Assembly: GCA_000002445.1 (NCBI GenBank)
Contig: CP000070.1
Coordinates: forward strand, 2,141,234 to 2,205,233
Origin: Trypanosoma brucei
Lineage: Eukaryota
Reading direction: 5' to 3'
Length of the DNA stretch: 64,000 nucleotides
Positions 58,084 to 64,000 of this stretch are shown here, one piece after another. The translations under genes were made by a program, and so were the position numbers. Positions within the stretch are counted from its first letter, which is position 1. The number at the start of each line of letters is the position of its first letter. The notes under the pieces were generated by a model. It saw only the letters and a list, made by a program, of their open reading frames with translations. It made no database searches and was not told the DNA's origin.

Positions 58084-61000
58084 TCAGCAGTTAACATTCA
58101 GTTCCTCCAGTGTCAATAGAGAAGACAATGCTGATATATCAGTTACCCATTTGCAATGTGATAAGTTGAGTAATCGCAGCGATTTTGATTTGGAAATATT
58201 TTTAGTTACATCACCATTAATATCCGTATATTTCAGATTCAGTACTCGAAGGCGCGGTAGACAGGAAAATGACGGTATGCAACATACTTCCTGTGCATGA
58301 TCAAGTACCAATTCCTCCAACGTCGCAATGTTAGAGAGAGCTTTCACAGATATGAATCCCATTGACCTCTCAAGATTCAGTTTCACAAGTGACTTACTAT
58401 TCCCAAGGATGGAACATTGTTGCGCATCACTGTCTCCCATGTAACATTCTTTCATGCTTGGGATACGTGCCTTGGGAAGCGTTCCAAGAGTTTCAATACC
58501 TTTTCTGATGTTAAGGTAGCAATCAAGGTTTAACTCCTCAAGCATAGTAATTTTGGAAAGTGCTGTGACGTCTGTTATATCTTTGCAAAACGCAAGGTTG
58601 AGTGTATTCAAAGACTTGCACTCGCTAACGTGCCGTATGTTTTCATCATTAATTCGTGTATTAGACAGTGTGGCTACACGCAGTTGGTGAAGTGTACCAA
58701 ATACATTCCTTTCGGATGTTACATTACAGTAGTTGTCAAGGTTGAGTTCCTCCAATGCCGTAAAGGAAGCTATTGCAGAAATAGATGTTATTTTCTTGCG
58801 ATGCGAAAGATTTAATGATACAAGTGGGATTGAGCTTGTGCAGATATTCTCAAGGGAATTATTATCAACTTGTGTCCGTCCCAAATCCAGTACACGAAGC
58901 TGCGGTAGCCTGCTAAGTGTTCCCATTCCAGAGGTTACTTTGTCACAGTAGTGGAGATTCAGTTTCTCAAGTGTAACAAGGTTCGAGAGGGGCGTGACAT
59001 CACCAAACCCTTTGCAATTCTCAAGACTGAGCTTTACAAATGAGTTACCATTCCCTAGTGAACCAATAACTGAATCTTCCAACTGTACACCCTTTATGTT
59101 CAGCACACAAAGCCGTGGCAACTCTCCAAGAACGCTCAGCCCTTTTCTGATGTTTGAACAATTATCAAGATTCAAATCCTCAAGCGTAGTGATGTTAGAG
59201 AGGGTTGTAACATCAAGTAACTTATTGCAGAAAGAAAGATCAAGCGTAACAAGGTTTTTGCACTTGCTGAAATGCGATATGTCTCTATCAGTAATATGTG
59301 TATTCGAGAGGATTGCCACATGTAGCTGCTGAAGTTTTTCAATTGCTTCCCATCCTGCATTTATTCCAAAACAGTTGCTCAGATTCAGTTCATTCAATGC
59401 TTCGAGGCTTGAAATATGGGACACATTTGTCATTTTCCAACAATGGGAAAGGTTGAGGGACACCATTGTCTGCGATAGGCATAAACTTCTGAGAGACTCA
59501 TTGTCGGTATTTGTGCCAGACAGGTCCAACATTTTAAGCTGTGGCAGGTTTCCGAGACATCCAATTCCTGCGTCAATACCCGTGCAGCCGTGAAGGCTTA
59601 GTTTTTCCAGAGTCAAAATGTTGGCGAGTGCTTCCACATTACTCAGTCCCGTGATACTCTCCATATTGAGCTGTAAAAGGGATTTTGAAGCACCAATACC
59701 AGCAAAGTCAAGGGACGAGATGTGTGCCTCCTTTATGTTAAGTACACGCAGGTATGGCAGTGTACCAAGGCAACCCACACCACTAATGATGTCAGCACAT
59801 TTTTGAATATTCAGCTCCTCGAGTGTAACAATGCTGGATAAGAGTGTCATATCACCAAAGCCTGCGCAGTTATCAAGACTGACCTTTACAAGTGGTCCAC
59901 CAGTCCCAACTGAATCGAGAGATGGCTCGCTCAGGTGCACATCCTTCATGTGCAATACACGGAGCTTTGGTAATGCCCACACAACGCCTATCCCCCTTGT
60001 TATTCGGCGACAACCGTTAAGGTTCAATTCCTCAATAGCAGTGGCATTGGAGAGTGGATTGATATCTGTCAGCTGAATACGATAAGAAATGTTCAGCCTT
60101 TCAAGCGATCCACAGTCACACAAATCCTTCAGACAATTATCTTCCACAGGAACACCACTCAAGTCAAGTACACGCAGTCGCAACAACCTAGTCAGTGTTC
60201 CTATTCCCTTCGTTATGTGGCAATTGCTTAGATTCAACTCTTCCAGCGCTGAAAGTTGTGAAATTGGGGTTGCATCCGTGATATTGTTGCATTCGGATAC
60301 ACTCAGTTTGGACAGTTTAACACATGCACATATTCTCCTCACACAGCTGTCGTCAATGTCTGTGGAATTTAAATCAAGGCACATCAGGTTAGTCAAGCGA
60401 GAGATTCCTCTGATATTTGTCAGTTGCATGGTGTCAGTAATAACCAACTCCTCCAATGTTCCAACACTGAATATGCAGTGAATATCATTGTTGTCAATAT
60501 TGTTGCTCCTGAGACAAAGCCTTTTCAACATGTGCAGTTTCTTCAAAGATATCATATTCACAAGTTTGCCACGCGGATATTCAATGCGTAACTCTTCCAA
60601 CTGTTTTAGCTTACTGACTCGTTCTAAGTTAAATTTCCAACCTTTTGATAACGTGATGGTTAATTTCTTGGTATGAATGCGGCCACAGAGTGAGGAAAGA
60701 GCACCTTTATATAGTCCTTCGTCACTGAAGGCATTATCAGCAGCATTATATAATGTTACTCTATGTATGCATTCGGTGTCATCACACACACCGCCGTGCC
60801 TTTCGCCACTCATAGCTGTGAGATTACTCATGAAACACCTAAGTGCCTTCACACTGCTTTCCAGCCGTGTTTGTTTAATCAATTTATCATGCTCATTCAG
60901 TAACGATACCACAGTTTCATCATTACTGGCGTCACGCGTCTCTTCGGTGATTGTAACGGTGGTGAGTTTATTTTGTCCAGTAGTTGATGGTTCCTTTAAG

Positions 61001-61221
61001 GCTTCTGACTGCTCAGGAAATGGGATGCACTGTCGCTTACTTCCTTGGTTTCCTGACATTATAGTTCCCGTTTCCGATTCCTTGAGGTGCTGAATGTTGA
61101 CGAAATGCTTTTTCTTTTTTAATAATAGAGCTAAGCGATGAATCAAATGGGGGGAAGTGTTATAAGGAAGTAATTGAGGTGCATGCCAAAATGTGCTATG
61201 GTCAGTAATCCTAACCTTCAT
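58084..61221 (-). CDS. LRRP: Leucine-rich repeat protein (LRRP, ESAG8-like LRR architecture), N-terminal 1044 codons, ending at an in-frame TGA
   Basis: About 72-aa super-repeats of three LRRs (LEELNLSNC.ITKGIGTL..LP.LRVLDLSG..V.D..L..L....SL..L.L..C..ITD) recur about 14 times. The ATG at 61221 lies 9 nt after a minus-strand polypyrimidine tract with AG (plus 61230..61250). An alternative ATG is at 61059 (MSGNQGSKRQ). Confidence 0.8.
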   Translation of the reverse strand: MKVRITDHSTFWHAPQLLPYNTSPHLIHRLALLLKKKKHFVNIQHLKESETGTIMSGNQGSKRQCIPFPEQSEALKEPSTTGQNKLTTVTITEETRDASNDETVVSLLNEHDKLIKQTRLESSVKALRCFMSNLTAMSGERHGGVCDDTECIHRVTLYNAADNAFSDEGLYKGALSSLCGRIHTKKLTITLSKGWKFNLERVSKLKQLEELRIEYPRGKLVNMISLKKLHMLKRLCLRSNNIDNNDIHCIFSVGTLEELVITDTMQLTNIRGISRLTNLMCLDLNSTDIDDSCVRRICACVKLSKLSVSECNNITDATPISQLSALEELNLSNCHITKGIGTLTRLLRLRVLDLSGVPVEDNCLKDLCDCGSLERLNISYRIQLTDINPLSNATAIEELNLNGCRRITRGIGVVWALPKLRVLHMKDVHLSEPSLDSVGTGGPLVKVSLDNCAGFGDMTLLSSIVTLEELNIQKCADIISGVGCLGTLPYLRVLNIKEAHISSLDFAGIGASKSLLQLNMESITGLSNVEALANILTLEKLSLHGCTGIDAGIGCLGNLPQLKMLDLSGTNTDNESLRSLCLSQTMVSLNLSHCWKMTNVSHISSLEALNELNLSNCFGINAGWEAIEKLQQLHVAILSNTHITDRDISHFSKCKNLVTLDLSFCNKLLDVTTLSNITTLEDLNLDNCSNIRKGLSVLGELPRLCVLNIKGVQLEDSVIGSLGNGNSFVKLSLENCKGFGDVTPLSNLVTLEKLNLHYCDKVTSGMGTLSRLPQLRVLDLGRTQVDNNSLENICTSSIPLVSLNLSHRKKITSISAIASFTALEELNLDNYCNVTSERNVFGTLHQLRVATLSNTRINDENIRHVSECKSLNTLNLAFCKDITDVTALSKITMLEELNLDCYLNIRKGIETLGTLPKARIPSMKECYMGDSDAQQCSILGNSKSLVKLNLERSMGFISVKALSNIATLEELVLDHAQEVCCIPSFSCLPRLRVLNLKYTDINGDVTKNISKSKSLRLLNLSHCKWVTDISALSSLLTLEELNVNC

Positions 61222-61229
61222 TCAGCAGT

Positions 61230-61250
61230 CTTTGGGGACAAAAGAAATGA
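61230..61250 (-). promoter_or_regulatory. Putative trans-splicing acceptor for LRRP (minus-strand tcatttcttttgtccccaaAG)
   Basis: Minus-strand pyrimidine run followed by AG, 9 nt upstream of the ATG at 61221. Confidence 0.35.
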
Positions 61251-61387
61251 TAATTGTAATGAGGTTGTTTTGTATATATATAGAAATCAATAAGGTGTGG
61301 CAAAAATATACTGTTTATTATTCTCAGTTGCTTACACGCTTAGCAGCCACAAGGGATTAATTTTATTCTCGTTGTTGTATTTATGAA

Positions 61388-61813
61388 TTACTGACCCAGT
61401 GCCTGGAGCACGCAGCAACAGTAGTTTCTGACAGTAGTATCAGGAAGTCTTTGCACTTCCTTAAACCGGAAGCTAACCTTCGCCTTCACGGCCTTCCCTC
61501 GCAGGGCAACTAGCATATAATTCTTATGCATTGATGTCGCGGCATGGAAAGTAAGGTGACACTTGCCTTCCCTTTCGTTGCTTGCAATATTTTCCAAAAG
61601 CACGGCACACACAACCACAAAACTGTTAGAATAATCCCAATCCTCACTCTCTCCACGAGCCACCCATATATGGTAGTGGCCTAGAATTTCAATTAATGTC
61701 ATTGCGTGAGCCCAAACGCAGTGACAAAACGGAAAGCGAAGACACATGGAAACACCTCCCGGATATGACACATACGCTTTATTTACCTCGGCTGCAGAAA
61801 CCAATTGAAACAT
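61388..61813 (-). CDS. Hypothetical small protein, 141 aa
   Basis: Intact ORF with a true ATG (MFQLVSAAEV) in the sense orientation of the minus-strand block. It sits 167 bp upstream of the LRRP ATG, with the LRRP acceptor tract between them. A segment LTFHAATSMHKNYMLVAL faintly resembles the roadblock/LC7 fold, but this is unsupported. Confidence 0.3.
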   Translation of the reverse strand: MFQLVSAAEVNKAYVSYPGGVSMCLRFPFCHCVWAHAMTLIEILGHYHIWVARGESEDWDYSNSFVVVCAVLLENIASNEREGKCHLTFHAATSMHKNYMLVALRGKAVKAKVSFRFKEVQRLPDTTVRNYCCCVLQALGQ

Positions 61814-64000
61814 CTACTGTGAAAACTGAAGGGACAACAGTAATTAGGTAGATGTATGGGCACTACGGTTTCCCATTAACTGTGGACAGGCGGAAATGTG
61901 TTGATTGAATGTCTTAGATAATCAGCGTTACGGGCGGGGAAATTCCATTCCCAAACTTTGCGTCCCGGTCCCTTTTTCAGGTATTGAAATATCTCTATAA
62001 GAAGCTTGGCACTCGTGTCTGTGCATGCCGTGATTTGTGTTGTGTTTTCATGTTAAAGAAATACCAGTGGTACATTCAATTCCAAAACACATTTCAAAAA
62101 CCTTTCGGTCTTTCCTTAGCCTGGTGGCAGTAACCATGATTCCTTTCATGAGTTCTGCAATGATGAGGGAATAGTTTGGAATGTATTGCCATTTTTTTCG
62201 TTGTTGGTTTTGCTTAATGTAATATTTCCCCCGCAAGTGGTGTACGCGCGACTTCTGAGAGTGAAACCAGTTGGAGAAATAACAAGCGGAAGTGTGGCAA
62301 ACAAAACACAGTTACCTTCATAATTGGAAAAGGACGAAGTGAAGCGGGTTCCCGCAAGTATTGTGTAACCCCAACGGAAGGAAAAAGGAAAAGGGAACAC
62401 GAAAGGGAACATTATGGCGCCATTGAGTATTAATATGCAGCGCCTTTTGCTTGACTTTGTTGGTGTTGGTGAGCGTGCGTGCCTCAGTGGTGAAAGCTCA
62501 TAAGTTTATGTGACGAATTTCTCAACCTTTTGTTTGTCCGACAGATTTACTGTTTGATATCTCGCACGGTTGGAAATACGCATTCCTCAACAGGGGAAGT
62601 GAAACGGATAACTTGTAAGAGGGGATGAGGGAACGCAAGTGCAGTGCAGTGCAGGTTCCACGGTGGAAAAAAAGAAAAAGCATCAGGGCAAATATCAGGG
62701 ACACCGCTTCACTCACATGGACGGAGCCGTCGGGTCATTTTCCAATGAAGGGATGGGAATATTGGAGCAACTATGGAGCATGCAATTTTTTTGAGGAAAG
62801 AAACAAAACAGTTCTTGTCATCCTACAAACAGGAGCCCCCTCTTTTCATACAACCCAAGAGGGAAAGAAAAACAAAGGGAGTATTATTATCTTCGTTTTG
62901 CACACAAATGCAGTACTCTGACATTCTGGCCATACTTCATAGAAGTGACAGCAACAATGTACAGGAAAAAAAAATGACGCTTAAAGAAAAACATATGCCC
63001 ACGCTTCGTTACCGTATGTAAAATCCCGTACTGATGGCCACGGTGTCGACGATACCGTTGATTGGCCGTCTTTTACCAACTCCTCGGTTCGAAAAGGTTA
63101 AGTGCGGGGAATTACGGCTCCAACAAGCGGTAAAAACTTATTGACATTAAATGGCCTAATCTCTGGTGGCCCACTCCCCTCTACAAATCACAACGCATGT
63201 GACATTATATAAGCTGCGTGCATAAGCAGCGCTCCGTAATATTATGCATTTGTCCATTCGGCGCTGTTAGAAATTGTGCAACCCCTTCGGAAGGAATGAT
63301 GTAATTGCAATCCCAACAGTAAAATACATCTCCTTATTCCGCTTTCATGGCACACTCACTTCGAAATCGCACAGCACCGCTGCGAATGGTATTTGTCTCC
63401 ACTGAGTTTGTATTGCCTCATCCCTAAACTTTTCCGCCTCGCCTATCGAAAGGGATCGTGTGTGCCATTATGGTAGTTCCCTGAAATCCACACGTCCCGC
63501 CACACACTTCACAGTTGCACGATACCTTGTAACATTCCTCTAGGGGTTTCCGCTGCACCATTTTAGTAACGACATCATGGAAAATAATAATGAATTCTGG
63601 TGGCATAAAGAAACGCCTACCTCACGCATAAGGGACGTGAGCATTGCATCATAACATCAGTGCTGTAGTCAACCGATGGTAACGATGACCCTCGACCCCG
63701 TAATGTTCGATGAAACCACATATTTCATCAAATGGGATGGCACCACCACAACGTAAATAATGCAACAAATATCGTGAAGGAAAAATATATTGTTAATTGA
63801 ACCTGTGGCAGTACGACGTGTTTTGAGGGGCATTTGATTTCAGAAGGATGCCTTGGAAATAAGACAAATTTTGAAGGGAACATCGGGTATACTCATGCAA
63901 GAATCAGACAAGGGCCCCAACGCAATGGTAACGAAGGCAATCCGCCGCAGAAGTGAATCGTGTGAGGGCATGTTTCAGCACTCCTTCACGCTGTGGGATC

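Noticed and set aside
1-64000. Prokaryotic interpretation (operons, CRISPR, mobile elements)
   Set aside because: Several observations argue against a prokaryotic reading. The cyclases are 1,200-aa type I membrane receptors and the LRRP carries 72-aa super-repeats. The genes sit in unidirectional arrays with polypyrimidine-AG acceptors upstream of ATGs. There are no Shine-Dalgarno or operon signatures and no CRISPR-like short direct repeats. Together these features are hallmarks of trypanosomatid nuclear DNA.

Overview
This window reads as nuclear chromosome-internal DNA of a kinetoplastid, most plausibly an African trypanosome related to Trypanosoma brucei. It is not prokaryotic. The genes are intron-less, densely one-directional, and arranged in polycistronic blocks separated by strand-switch regions. 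The gene content is diagnostic: ESAG4-like receptor adenylate cyclases (GRESAG4), a leucine-rich repeat protein (LRRP) with about 72-aa super-repeats, and a trans-sialidase. Species assignment is inference only, since no database search was possible.

Layout:
- Minus-strand block, 1 to about 17.8 kb: a partial NOG2-like GTPase N-terminus, a Skp1-family protein, GRESAG4 (1205 aa) and a trans-sialidase-family gene.
- Divergent strand-switch region, about 17.8 to 24.1 kb, with a GC-rich island and long poly-G tracts.
- Plus-strand block, 24.1 to about 53.2 kb: a RING-finger protein, a plant-type 2OG-Fe(II) dioxygenase, a small signal-peptide protein, then a tandem array of 7,388-7,391 bp units (35957..53180; 2 full units plus a partial third) carrying two near-identical 1243-aa GRESAG4 genes.
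- Convergent strand-switch region, about 53.2 to 57.2 kb, with an AT-rich 2.5 kb block.
- Minus-strand block, 57.2 to about 61.8 kb: an LRRP gene whose 1,344-codon reading frame is interrupted by one in-frame TGA, and a small hypothetical gene.

Points worth a second look:
- Clustered substitution patches between the two tandem GRESAG4 copies; one patch in copy 2 is nucleotide-identical to the inverted GRESAG4 paralogue about 40 kb away across the divergent strand-switch region, suggesting gene conversion.
- A nonsense-interrupted LRRP gene.
- The strand-switch regions as candidate transcription start and stop zones.
- A bias for long G homopolymers on the sense strand.
- Several multi-kb stretches with no convincing coding sequence.

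No tRNA, rRNA or CRISPR features could be supported.
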